A stretch of DNA of 64,000 bases from the NCBI GenBank assembly GCA_965205865.1, contig CBDBHR010000030.1:1311653-1375652 (forward strand). Direction: 5' to 3'. Within the stretch, counting starts at the first letter, position 1. Every line of letters begins with the position of its first letter. A model generated the notes under the pieces. It made no database searches. It saw nothing but the letters and a program-made list of their open reading frames with translations, and had not been told where the DNA came from. Shown piece after piece: positions 1 to 9,936 of the stretch. The translations under genes were made by a program, and so were the position numbers. Source of the DNA: a bacterium (GTDB taxonomy: Bacteria; SAR324; NAC60-12).

Positions 1-585
1 GAGCCGGACGGGCTGAGCTACAAGACTGTGCGGGACGCGCTGTTCGAGGTGACGGGCGGCAACATCGCGGGCGCCGGCCGTTTGGAGAAGGGCGGCGACC
101 GGGGATGGGGGTTGCGGGCGCCGCCGCCGGGCCTCAGCGACGTCACGCTGGCGGTGAAAGCGACGACGTCGTGCGACAACTCGCCCGAGGTGTGCGTTCC
201 CGACAGGCGGATGCTCGCGGGGGTCCTGCGGACGATCATCGCGGGTCCGGCGGAGCTCTCGGTGGCGGACACGTAGGCCGAGGAAGGTCCGGAGGCGACG
301 CTCGAGTTCGTGGCGAGCTTGAGCAGGCAGCGCCTCGCCACGACGACGGTGGACTATGCGACCGCGGATAGCAGCGCGAAGGTGGGTTCGGACTACACGG
401 CGGCCTCGGGCACGCTCACCTTCGGGCCGCTGGTGACCAGCCGGACCGTCTCGGTGGCGATGCTCGACGAGGGCCATGGCGAGGGCAGTGAGACGTTGAC
501 GCTGACGCTCTCGAACACGGTCGGAGCTGGCGAAGCTGGCGGCGCTGGCGGACTGGCTTCAGGACGAGGAGTGGGAGAAGGATGA
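1..585 (+). pseudogene. Calx-beta domain protein, 3' fragment with in-frame stop
   Basis: Frame 1 reads ...AGPAELSVADT*AEEGPEATLEFVASLSRQRLATTTVDYATADSSAKVGSDYTAASGTLTFGP...SETLTLTLSN. VDYATAD..A..GSDY....GTLTF is the Calx-beta signature. TAG at 274-276; GC-rich; 5' end lies outside the window. Confidence 0.75.
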
Positions 586-776
586 GAATAGAGATAAGCG
601 CTACGAGTTTGTTAATCACACCTCCGCGATGGGTCTAGAGCCTGTGCATGTGAGATACTGCGTATTAACTCGTTTCAACGCTATGGTTCAGTCATTTAGA
701 ATGCCCAGAAATTTTTTCGATGATGAGAGGAAAAGAGTGCTCATGCTCTTCTCACAAAAATTGGCAAATAACACGA

Positions 777-1270
777 CTACGGATAGACATAGACCGCTAT
801 CAGATGTCCTTCGGGGTCTCTGATGAAGATAGTATCGCCATCGTTATTCCAGATCGGATTTCGACTTCCCCAAAAGATCTCACCCTCAGTATTCTTGCCG
901 AAACCTGTCCTTAGTGTCACCTGAGCCCTGGCAGGCATCGTAAATTTGGGAAAGAGGTAGGGATGGTTGGAAGCATCCGTAACCGTCCACCCTGTCATGT
1001 CTATGGGAATCTCACTCTGATTTTCGATCACAATAAATTCGTCATTTAAGTTTTGTCTTTCATTTCCCTCGGCATCCGCATGGACGGTGGCAATTGCGAT
1101 AGATCTCTCCGCCACTTTCTCCCAGATTCCTCTACCTGCTGTTCGCGCCTCTTCCTGCGCCTGGCGTAATCGTTCACCGTACTTCGCTGCTACGCGAAAG
1201 TAGATGTGGGCATGACCTTGGCGGACCAGTGCTTCATTCACAAAGGTCTCATTCACAAAGACATAGGCTA
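777..1270 (-). pseudogene. 5'-truncated thermonuclease (SNase-like) + lamin-tail-domain protein
   Basis: Close paralog of 35459-36241 (FVNEALVRQGHA...IAVYVYP). Similarity stops at the IS end at 1271 and the N-terminal part is missing. Confidence 0.85.
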
Positions 1271-3115
1271 GATCCTAGCCGAAAAGGTATTTTAAGGTAT
1301 TTTTTAGAATTATATCTTTAAACTTGAGGTTAAAAAGTGCCATAATTCATTGAAATAACTGTGAATAACTTCAATATTAAGAATTATGGCACCCAAAATG
1401 AAACCATTCATTCGAGCAGAAAAACATCTTATTTTAAGCGCTCCTGATACAGAATTTGAAAATTTCTTATCAGAACTTGATCAATTGTCTGAGCGAGAGC
1501 CGGAGATATTGGACAAAATTGAACAGGATTTGGAGAAATACGCAAGAAATAAAAAGAAAGAGCGTTTAGAGGATAAACGATGGCAGGAAGCCCGGAATCC
1601 ATGGCTTCCTCATCTTCCCGTAGAAGATGAGGAATTGAAGCCGGAAGAACTGAGGCTGGAAATAGGGTGTCCTCGGATGTCGGCTTTTTTAGTCTACCTT
1701 TTTATGATGATTCGGGGATATTTAGGAAGTATCAAATCCCAAACGGCCCAAATATTTCTTTCAGAGTCAATCACACTGCATCTGCTTCTGCTCAACCGTG
1801 GATTGAAAATGCCGGGAGCGAGTACAATCCTTGATAATGTCAATGCTGTCAGCAACGAGAGCAGACAGTTTATTTTCGATGCTCAAATTCGAATGGTTCT
1901 CGATGAAGAGTTGGACGATTTTGATATTTTAAAACTGGATAGCACCTCTGTAAAAGGAAATACAGCTTGGCCTACTGATTCGTCGATATTGACTCGTCTC
2001 GTGGAGCGAAGCTACCATCGAGGGCGTTCCCTTGATACATTTGGAATCGCTGAGATCAGTGAAAGAAATTTTGATTTCCTCATCAAGGAGATGAATAAGC
2101 TCTCTAAGATGATGGCTTTTGAGACAGGTAAAAAGGACAGTAAAACGAAGCGAAAAAAACATTACAAAACCCTATTGAAGAAAGCTCAAAGCGCTCATGG
2201 GAAATTTTTAAAAGAAATGGCAAAGGTGGATATCCGTGCCCAAAAAGCTCTTCTCCCCCCTTCTCGGAAAACGCGTTTGATTCGCCTCATTGAAATGATG
2301 AATGAAGATATTTCTAATTTGCAACGGGTAATCATCTACTGTCATCAAAGAGTTTTTGAAGAAAAGAAGGTTCCTTCCACTGAGAAAGTATTGAGTCTTT
2401 CCGATCAGAGCTCGGCTTATATTCAAAAGGGAGATCGAGAAGCGCTTATCGGATATAAGCCTCAATTAGGAAGGAGCGGAAATGGTTTTATTTCCGTGTT
2501 AATTACTCCGGAGGGCAATGCTGCTGATTCAGGGCAACTCGACCCTGCCCTTGTTGAACATTTGCGATGCACCATCACCATTCCCTCTGAAGTGAGCCTT
2601 GATGATGGATATGCCAATCAGGCGATCAGAGAAAAGTGGATGGGCAAAGGCGTTAAGGTTTTTAGTATTAGTGGGGCAAAGGGAAAAAAGATGACCCCGA
2701 TTGAAGAATGGGAAAGTGAAATCTATTTGGAATCACGAAATGGAAGATCTGCTGCAGAGTCGTTGATGTTTCATCTTAAGCATCGTTTCCATTTCGGACA
2801 AGTTATGCGCAGAGGGATTGAAAACGTTCGGGCAGAGTTGCTGGAAAAAGCATTAACCTATAATTTTTGCAAAATGATTGAGTTGAAAAAAAGACAACTC
2901 AAACAAGCGGCCTGAATATTCAATGGGGGAGTGTGAAATGTGAGCAGGGGCGAGGAAAGTATGTCCAAAAAAGATTTTTCCCCTATAAAAACTGTGCTGT
3001 GGGCGAATAAAAAACAAAAATAAATCGTTTTCTCGTCATATTGAATCAAATAGAGAATCCAATAGAATCAAATTGGTTACATTTACTATTTTCGAAACCC
3101 TTTTCGGCTAGGGTC
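1271..3115 (+). mobile_element. Insertion sequence, DDE transposase, copy 1 (family uncertain, IS5/ISNCY-like)
   Basis: Terminal IRs GATCCTAGCCGAAAAGG / CCTTTTCGGCTAGGGTC, each flanked by TA. Near-identical inverted copy at 61043-62876. Confidence 0.9.
1386..2915 (+). CDS. DDE transposase (509 aa)
   Basis: Motifs LDST, LDDGY and RSAAESLMFHLK...GIENVR. Lies between the IRs. Confidence 0.85.
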   Translation: MAPKMKPFIRAEKHLILSAPDTEFENFLSELDQLSEREPEILDKIEQDLEKYARNKKKERLEDKRWQEARNPWLPHLPVEDEELKPEELRLEIGCPRMSAFLVYLFMMIRGYLGSIKSQTAQIFLSESITLHLLLLNRGLKMPGASTILDNVNAVSNESRQFIFDAQIRMVLDEELDDFDILKLDSTSVKGNTAWPTDSSILTRLVERSYHRGRSLDTFGIAEISERNFDFLIKEMNKLSKMMAFETGKKDSKTKRKKHYKTLLKKAQSAHGKFLKEMAKVDIRAQKALLPPSRKTRLIRLIEMMNEDISNLQRVIIYCHQRVFEEKKVPSTEKVLSLSDQSSAYIQKGDREALIGYKPQLGRSGNGFISVLITPEGNAADSGQLDPALVEHLRCTITIPSEVSLDDGYANQAIREKWMGKGVKVFSISGAKGKKMTPIEEWESEIYLESRNGRSAAESLMFHLKHRFHFGQVMRRGIENVRAELLEKALTYNFCKMIELKKRQLKQAA

Positions 3116-3279
3116 TAACTAGTCTCTGTCGCGAAATAGGCAATCTCATGAATAATTCTTGAAGAAAGGAACCTTGTCCATGGAATCTGTCCTATTCTTA
3201 ATTCTTTAAAAAAAGCCAAGTGCGTGCTATATTATGTCATATGGCCAGGATTCAGTATCATTCAAACGCAAGAGGATGA

Positions 3280-3729
3280 ATGGATAAGTACCATTTTTCA
3301 ACAAAAGAGACAGAGGTCTTTTCCTATATACCCGGCAGGGTGATCGGAATGGAAACAGACGAACGTGAAATTATCATACAGCGCTTGAAAGAGGGATTAT
3401 CCTCCCAGAGCATTGATGATCTTCAAAAAGCATTTGGCATCACCATTCAAGAACTATCAGCTCTGATTAACATCCCTTCCAGAACAATCGGTCGTCGCAA
3501 AGAACAAGGCCGCTTGGCAAGCGATGAATCAGAGAGAGTTTATAGAATCGCTAAACTGTATGATTTCGCTCTTTCCTTTATGAGGGATGAGGAGAGTGTG
3601 AAAAGTTGGTTCAAATCACCGGCTTTTGCCTTTGGTGGAAAAACACCACTGGAATACTGTGATACCGAAATAGGATCGCACGCAGTCGAAGATTTACTGG
3701 GGCAAATCGCCCATGGAGTGTTTCCATGA
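3280..3729 (+). CDS. Xre/MbcA/ParS-type antitoxin
   Basis: HTH (ELSALINIPSRTIGRRK), ESERVYRIA and WFKSPAFAFGGKTPL motifs. ATGA overlap with the RES gene. Confidence 0.9.
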   Translation: MDKYHFSTKETEVFSYIPGRVIGMETDEREIIIQRLKEGLSSQSIDDLQKAFGITIQELSALINIPSRTIGRRKEQGRLASDESERVYRIAKLYDFALSFMRDEESVKSWFKSPAFAFGGKTPLEYCDTEIGSHAVEDLLGQIAHGVFP

Positions 3730-4184
3730 TTCATGTGTGGCGGTTGGTGTCAAAAAGATATCATCATGCCGCGTTTTCTGGAAAAGGCGCTAAAACCTAT
3801 GGAGGAAGATGGAACTCAAAAGGAAATGCGGTTGTCTATGGTGCCCAATCTATTGCTTTAGGAGCGATGGAACTCTTGGTGCATCTTCGAAACAATGAAG
3901 AGTTGTTGAGGGAGTTTATGACAGTCTCAATCGAATTATTTGAGAGAGACATTTTAGCCATTGGGATTGACGACTTACCGGGGGATTGGCAAAAAATTAA
4001 AAAATTGACCCAACAAATTGGAGATCAGTGGTTACAGGAAATGGCGTCTTTATCGCTTCAGGTGCCCAGTGTTATTGTGCCAAAGGAAAATAATTATCTC
4101 ATTAACCCTCAGCATCCTCAGTTTTCTGAATTAAAAATTGGGGATTTTGAGGATTTTAATTTTGACCCACGACTTTTCCAATAA
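3726..4184 (+). CDS. RES-domain toxin (NAD+ phosphorylase family)
   Basis: FSGKGAKTYGGRWN, AMELLVH and VPSVIVP..NYLINPQH motifs. Confidence 0.92.
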   Translation: MIHVWRLVSKRYHHAAFSGKGAKTYGGRWNSKGNAVVYGAQSIALGAMELLVHLRNNEELLREFMTVSIELFERDILAIGIDDLPGDWQKIKKLTQQIGDQWLQEMASLSLQVPSVIVPKENNYLINPQHPQFSELKIGDFEDFNFDPRLFQ

Positions 4185-4626
4185 GGAAAATAAGGATAAA
4201 AAGAAGAAACATCTTTTTTCCCCCCTTTCAAAGCACCATGCTGCCTCCGGTGAACGTGTCAGGGTTTGGTGGGGACCGGGCCAAAATGGCCGAACTCTTC
4301 ATACAAATCCTCGATCCGCTGCCATTGCTCCACAATTTCGTGGCCTTTCTGCAAAGCAACCGCTGAGCATAAAAAGTTGATCAAGCTGACCATCGCCGTC
4401 GCGGTATCGTTAAAGATAAGTCCCCCGGCAATGACAGCGCAGCACAAGATCGGCATACTTCAGACTTTCCGTTGCGGTCAGGTCCGCGATCAGAATGACT
4501 TTCAAGCCCCGCTCTTTCGCATATTTCATCACCAATTTGAACTGTTTGGTACGCCGCCGGGAGCCGATCGCTACAAGCAAATCCCCGCGGCGCATAGGGA
4601 GTATATTCCCGGGAATGTCCCCTCTT

Positions 4627-6363
4627 CAGGCTGTTGCAGATTTTATTTGCTTTTTCCAGGTGGATTTTGCTACACTTTTCATAGTCTAGTATCTGGTTTG
4701 AGTCCACTTTTCATATAACCATAGTAAAAATGGATTTCTATTATGGGTTTTCTGAGTAATGATCGTTCCACCCTCCAATTATCCACCACCGATTTGAACC
4801 ACTTGATCCCGGATAACGATAAATGCCGTTTTGTGGTAGATTTCGTTTCCCGCTTGGATTTATCCTCGCTTTATGGCTCCTACAAATCGCAAGGGGGGGA
4901 TGCCTATGATCCGGCGATTCTGTTAGCGACCTGGTTTTATGCCTACAGTGAAGGCATTGAGAGTAGTCGTGTTTTGGAGAAACTTTGTAAACGCGATCTT
5001 TGTTATATCTATGTTTCAGCGCATCTGACCCCCGACCACTGTGCCTTGAGCCGGTTCCGTCGTCGTCATTTGCAACGCCTGCCCTTCTATTTTGAGCAAT
5101 TGATTCAAATGGCCATTGATCAGCAGGTCTCCGGTTTCGCTGAAATAAACCTTGACGGTTCGAAGCTGAAAACCTCTGCCAGTAAGAAACGCTCGAAAAA
5201 TGCAGAACAATTAGAACGTCTTTTAGAAAAAACGCGTCAATCGATCGCCTCCCCTCTAAATTGCGAGTCTGAAGATCATCAAGGCGATGAAGAAGACTTA
5301 GCCGCCCTTCGTGGCGAAAAAGCCCGTCTTGAGCAATTCGAAGCAACGATTCTCCAATCTCAGCAAGATCTTCAAGCGCGTCAGCAAACCCTCAAACCCG
5401 AACATCGGGATGGCCATAAGATCAATCTGACCGATGCCGACGCACGCATGATGCCCTCGATTAACACACCCGGTTATAATGTGCAGGCAGCCGTCGATCG
5501 TGCCACTCATCTGATTGTGGCCGCTGAGGTGGTCTGCGAAGCCAACGATACCCAACAATTTGCGCCGATGCATCAACAGGCAGAAACCCACCTTCCCGAA
5601 GATCGGCAACGTCGTTATAATATGGATGCCGGTTATCATAGTTTTGAGCAACTCAACTATATCGAGCAGCATCAGATTGATGCCGTCATTGCCGACCCGC
5701 AACCGCAAAATAGAGCCAACCCTCTCCAGCCGACCCCCCTGGAAGAATTACTGCAAAACGATCGAAAGCTCGAACGTTCTGATTTTTTCTTCGATGCAAA
5801 AAATGATGTCTATCAGTGTCCCAATGGGCAACAGCTCTCCTTTCAGCGTAACTTCAAGCGGGGCCAGGCCCAAGGGAGCTCCTATCAGGCCCCATCCTGT
5901 GAAGATTGTCCCCTCGCTCAGCGGTGTCTGCCCCCGAAGAATCGCTCGCGACTCAAACAGATCCATCGCCAAGAGCGCGAGCCCTACGCCGAAGCCATGC
6001 GCAATAAATTGCAAACCCCAGAAGCCAAACAACGACTCAAAACGCGCATGAGTACCGTCGAACCGGTCTTCGGCAACTTGAAGGCCAATCTCGGTTTTAC
6101 CTCATTTCGATTTCGAGGGCAGAGACAAGTCAAAGGCGAATTTATGCTCATGGCCATTGCTCACAACCTCAATATTCTCTATCGCCTCCTTGAGGTGATT
6201 CGATTGATTCGCTTTCTCTACGCTTCATACGCAAAGGTTTATATGATTCTAACAATTTTAAAGATCAAAAACCATTTCATCATTATGATGAGAATTGGGA
6301 TCATACCCCGTTCTCACTGATTGTATGACCCGTTATGCAGGCAAAAAAATCTGCAACAGCCTG
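4627..6363 (+). mobile_element. IS1182 family element
   Basis: IRs CAGGCTGTTGCAGATTTTATTTGC / GCAAAAAAATCTGCAACAGCCTG. 4-bp TSD TCTT at 4623-4626 and 6364-6367. Confidence 0.93.
4743..6320 (+). CDS. IS1182 family transposase
   Basis: YDPAILL...YSEGIESSR, LDGSKL, TDADAR, GYNVQ, MDAGY, Zn-finger CPNG...CEDCP and VEPVFGNLK motifs. Confidence 0.93.
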   Translation: MGFLSNDRSTLQLSTTDLNHLIPDNDKCRFVVDFVSRLDLSSLYGSYKSQGGDAYDPAILLATWFYAYSEGIESSRVLEKLCKRDLCYIYVSAHLTPDHCALSRFRRRHLQRLPFYFEQLIQMAIDQQVSGFAEINLDGSKLKTSASKKRSKNAEQLERLLEKTRQSIASPLNCESEDHQGDEEDLAALRGEKARLEQFEATILQSQQDLQARQQTLKPEHRDGHKINLTDADARMMPSINTPGYNVQAAVDRATHLIVAAEVVCEANDTQQFAPMHQQAETHLPEDRQRRYNMDAGYHSFEQLNYIEQHQIDAVIADPQPQNRANPLQPTPLEELLQNDRKLERSDFFFDAKNDVYQCPNGQQLSFQRNFKRGQAQGSSYQAPSCEDCPLAQRCLPPKNRSRLKQIHRQEREPYAEAMRNKLQTPEAKQRLKTRMSTVEPVFGNLKANLGFTSFRFRGQRQVKGEFMLMAIAHNLNILYRLLEVIRLIRFLYASYAKVYMILTILKIKNHFIIMMRIGIIPRSH

Positions 6364-6844
6364 TCTTGCGGGAATCAGGCGGACATCCTCCGAATAGACG
6401 GAAAAGTCCCCCTGTGCCAGGAGGGCCAGCGGATATTGTCCCCGCATACCCAAGACCCAGATCCGGGGTGCCTCGCTCAGGCATTGAATCGTTTCATTGA
6501 TCAATTCCGGGCCGATTTCCTCGGCGGTTCGAGAAAGATTGGAAACTTCCAACTGGATATGGTTGACGAGATTCGGATCGATTTTATCGGCGAGTTCGTA
6601 GGCGGACAAGACATTCAGCGGAGACGATTCCCAGGCATTAGGAAGCCCATTTTCATAGCGCGCGTCGCGATAGCTGGGATAACTGTTGTTGGCAGTGATA
6701 AAGTTTACCAAAAACGGCGATACAGAAGTATACCACGTAGGTAAGTGGGCAGAGGTGTAGGTTGGGTATTGAGCGACAAGGAGTAGGGATGTGATGTGGC
6801 CTCATACCTTTTAAACAGCGGATGGAAAGGGCTATATGCCTTTT

Positions 6845-7583
6845 TCATGTTTTTCTTTTTTTTCTGCGATAGCTTTCTCCTTCTAAAATTATAACCTCCG
6901 ATTTCATTACCAGTCGATCTGCAATGGCGGTGGCCACCGTGGTCGAATCAAAGAGATTTCCCCATTGGGCAAAAGGCAGGTTTGTCGTCAGAAGGGTCGA
7001 TTTTCTCTGATGCCTGCGACTAATGACCTGGAAAAAGAGGCTGCTTCCTTGTTGATCCAGTGGCAGATAACCGATCTCATCGCAGAGGAGGAGGTCCGGT
7101 TCGGTGTAATGGCTGAGTTTTTTGACCAGGGAATGGTCCGATTCGGCAGCAATCAAATGGTTAATCATGTCGGTTGCTGTGGTAAATAAAGTGCGAATGG
7201 CGTTCTGAGTGGCCTCGTATGCCAGACATAGAGCCAAGTGGGTCTTGCCCACCCCTGGATTGCCAATCAACAATAACATCCTCGCTATTCTTGATAAAGT
7301 CCAATTGCATCAATTGTAAAATTCTACCTTTGTTCTTTTTTCGAGAGGGGTGGTGGTCAAAATCAAAGCTGTCGATGGTCGGAGTGGCGGGCAGTTTGGC
7401 TTGCTTCAAGCGCAATTGAATGCGCTTATGGAGACGATGGTCCAGTTCGAGATCAAACAAGCTTTCCAGCAATTGATGATGAGTCCAGTTTTTTTCTGAG
7501 GCGGTTTTACAAATCGCTTCAAAATGATGGCAAAGGCCACTGAGATAGAGGCTCTGACATTGTTTTTTTAATTTTTCACTCAT
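6845..7583 (-). pseudogene. istB: IS21 helper ATPase IstB, frameshifted near 7270
   Basis: N-half (RLKQAKLP..FDFDH) and C-half (IGNPGVGKTHLA, LLLCDEIGYLP, TTNLPFAQW, AIADRL, GESYR) are in different frames. Confidence 0.88.
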
Positions 7584-7972
7584 CTTCCCTCCTTCTTCCT
7601 CTGCAGGACGAGGGCATCATATTCGGCCAGAGCATGCGGGGTGAGGCGGATATGATTCAAGGCTTCTTGTTTCAAAACCACCGGCGGTTGATGAGAAAGA
7701 GGCCGGCTTTGCTGGAAGAGGATATTTTTGACATAGTCGATGCCAAAAGCCTTGTAATGGAGGGCTTTTTCAAGGGCAATGAGCAAAGCGTCTAAACCGT
7801 ATTGCTCTAAAAGTTTGAGCAGTTGTTGAATTTTTTTTCGCACTATTTGAGGATGGCAGAGATGACGCTTCACCGTCGCACGGGAAAGGTTCAACCGAAA
7901 GGCAATTTTTCGCTGAGAAAGGCCTTCTGCATGCAGGCGATGGATTTCAAAGAGAGTATGCTGATCAATCAT
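7580..7972 (-). pseudogene. istA: IS21 transposase IstA with internal deletion
   Basis: N-terminal HTH (GLSQRKIAFRLNLSRATVKRHL) is fused directly to the IstA C-terminus (ALEKALHYKAF...LAEYDAL). No DDE core; only 130 aa. Confidence 0.75.
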
Positions 7973-8321
7973 AGGGACCTCTACAGTCAGAGGGTGAGGG
8001 GGATCTTCTTAGTGGAGACGGGGGCAAGTGAAGGACCTGCACTAAGGTCTCTTTTGTGGCGATTAGATCCATTTGCAATAAACCACTCAAGGCCTGTTGA
8101 TAGACATCACTCTTCATTTTCAGCAATTGAGTGATGGTCTTGGGACTGTAATAGGAAAGTCCTTGAGCATCCGCGGCCATCACATAAAAAAAATATAAGA
8201 TCAATTCGTCGGATCGCAGGCATTCAAAAAAGCCCTCCCTCAAAAATCGGTGAGGAATAAAGCTAAAACTTCCCTCGATCACCCGTCGTCTGTTTTTCAT
8301 AATCAACTGCTTTCTCATCAC
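7965..8321 (-). CDS. IS21-associated hypothetical protein (probable HTH)
   Basis: GSFSFIPHRFL..GF...L..DELILYFF....AD..GLSYYS ORF whose stop overlaps the istA start. Start codon uncertain. Confidence 0.55.
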   Translation of the reverse strand: MMRKQLIMKNRRRVIEGSFSFIPHRFLREGFFECLRSDELILYFFYVMAADAQGLSYYSPKTITQLLKMKSDVYQQALSGLLQMDLIATKETLVQVLHLPPSPLRRSPSPSDCRGPYD

Positions 8322-8447
8322 GGCTCCTTCTTTTGGATGGATGGTTAACAAGGTTTTCCTCTTTTTTAACTCACCTGAAGGGGGTCGCAATAAAGTCCTT
8401 CTTTGCAATCACAGCTAAGTTATTGATATATCAAGGTTATTTTAGGT

Positions 8448-8972
8448 TTACGCGTCCATCTTTGCAATCAAGGGTAGCTGAACAAAAGCCTTAAAAATCT
8501 GGGCAGAGGAGGGATTTGACGCGTCCATCTTTACAATCAAATCCTCATCGGAGGAGGCGATGAGGCAGAATTGATAAGGGATGGACGCGTCCGTCTTTGC
8601 AATCGGCACAGATGAGAGCGAGAAGGACTTTAAGCTGAGCGGAGGGATGGCAGGCATGGTTTTCATCGAGAGTTGTTCCACAAAATTCCCCCGCTGTTTG
8701 GCATTGCGGATCAACTGAAGTTCTCGATTGCGCTCAGCCTGAGCTGGATGTTTTTTTCGATAGACTTTCCAATAATCGCGGTGGCTTTCTTGCCAAGCCT
8801 TCTGACTGGCTTTTCGGTTCTTTTGATAGTCTGGATCGCTGGCTAACTTTTGACGCTCCCAATTCGTCTTGCGCGCACGCTGACATGTCTTCTGGCTGCA
8901 GTAAGCTTGCTCCTTGTTTTGAGGGCGGCGGCGAAAAACTTGGTGGCAGTTGAGACATCTACCCGTTGGCAT
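8448..8972 (-). CDS. IS21-associated hypothetical protein with N-terminal Cys cluster
   Basis: CLNC...YCSQKTCQRARK motif, basic helical body, RBS GGAG upstream, repeated (A/V)K(M/T)DA motif at the C-terminus. Confidence 0.6.
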   Translation of the reverse strand: MPTGRCLNCHQVFRRRPQNKEQAYCSQKTCQRARKTNWERQKLASDPDYQKNRKASQKAWQESHRDYWKVYRKKHPAQAERNRELQLIRNAKQRGNFVEQLSMKTMPAIPPLSLKSFSLSSVPIAKTDASIPYQFCLIASSDEDLIVKMDASNPSSAQIFKAFVQLPLIAKMDA

Positions 8973-9522
8973 AGGATCTCCTGTGGAGGAATTGAGGGGG
9001 TTCCTGGAAGAAAAACTTGTCTTACAGGAACTTCACTCAAAGCATCAATGAAATCACTGCCTCCCACTCAAATGAAGAAGAAATATGACCAGGTAGAACA
9101 ACTTTTCACGCCATTGCTTGCTCCATGTTGATTCAGCCCTCAGGGTAAGGAAGAACAAGCAAGAGAAAGAAAATGGAGAGGAAAACAAAAATTATTGTTT
9201 GGAAAATAAATGGATAGCAAAAAACGAGGCAAAGTAAAAAGCTGACATGTCTTCTGGCTGCAGTAACCTTGCTCCTTGTTTTGAGGGCGGCGGAGGAAAA
9301 ACTTGTCCTCATGAAAATGGGGATTGGTGGCAGTTGATGCATCTACCTGTTTGCATAGGATCTCCTGTTGATGCTTTGAGGGGGCTTTCTTCAAGAAAAA
9401 CTTGTCTTACAGGAACTTCACTCAAAGCATCAATGAAATCACTGCCTCTCACTCAAATGAAGAAGAAATATGACCAGGTAGAACAACTTTTCACGCCATT
9501 GCTTGCTCCATGTTTATTCAGC
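8879..9522. repeat. Imperfect direct repeat of about 260-280 bp (8879-9137 and 9241-9522)
   Basis: Both copies begin GCTGACATGTCTTCTGGCTGCAGTAA and share AAGAAAAACTTGTCTTACAGGAACTTCACTC...CTCCATGTT.ATTCAGC. Confidence 0.9.
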
Positions 9523-9539
9523 TATCGAGGTCTCTCTAG

Positions 9540-9830
9540 ATGAGCTATAAATTAAAGTTTTTAGCTACCGCATTGAAGGAATGGAACAATCTAGATGCTT
9601 CTCTCCGATCTCAATTAAAGAAAAAGTTGGCTGAGCGTTTGGAAAACCCTCATGTACTTGCCAGCAAGCTCACGGGCTTTGACAATCATTACAAAATCAA
9701 ACTCCGTACAAGTGGTTATCGATTGGTATATGAAGTCATTGATGATGATTTAGTCGTATTGGTGATTGTCATTGGAAAACGTGAGGGAAGTAGGGTTTAT
9801 GAAATTGCAAAAGATCGATCAAAAACATAA
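9540..9830 (+). CDS. relE: RelE/StbE family toxin (orphan)
   Basis: MSYKLKF..ALKEW..LD...KKKLAERLENP...YKIKLR.SGYRLVY...VIGKRE. No antitoxin ORF upstream. Confidence 0.9.
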   Translation: MSYKLKFLATALKEWNNLDASLRSQLKKKLAERLENPHVLASKLTGFDNHYKIKLRTSGYRLVYEVIDDDLVVLVIVIGKREGSRVYEIAKDRSKT

Positions 9831-9936
9831 CAAGAGGATGGAGATCGACTCGTGACCCTGCTTTTTTTCCAGAAGATCGTGAAAAATTTCCAATCCATCT
9901 TTTTCCAAAAATCCAGGGACAGTTACCAATTAATTG

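Larger units (their letters stand above)
4259..6711 (-). pseudogene. MurR/RpiR family (SIS domain) regulator, interrupted by IS1182
   Basis: APRIWVLGMRG...DVRLIPAR (6364-6711) joins in frame to GDIPGNILPMRRGDLLVAIG...VILIAD..ADLVL (up to 4622) once the IS and one TSD copy are removed. Extra frameshift near 4420; the N-terminal HTH appears truncated. Confidence 0.75.

Noticed and set aside
274-276. TAG read-through or recoding in the Calx-beta ORF
   Set aside because: TAG ends intact genes elsewhere in the window (e.g. 35459, 10935), so pseudogenisation or sequencing error is simpler.
3120-3145. Further IS end TAGTCTCTGTCGCGAAAT beside IS copy 1
   Set aside because: No partner inverted repeat seen in the window.
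7260-7285. Programmed frameshift in istB
   Set aside because: No slippery sequence at the junction, and istA is also defective.
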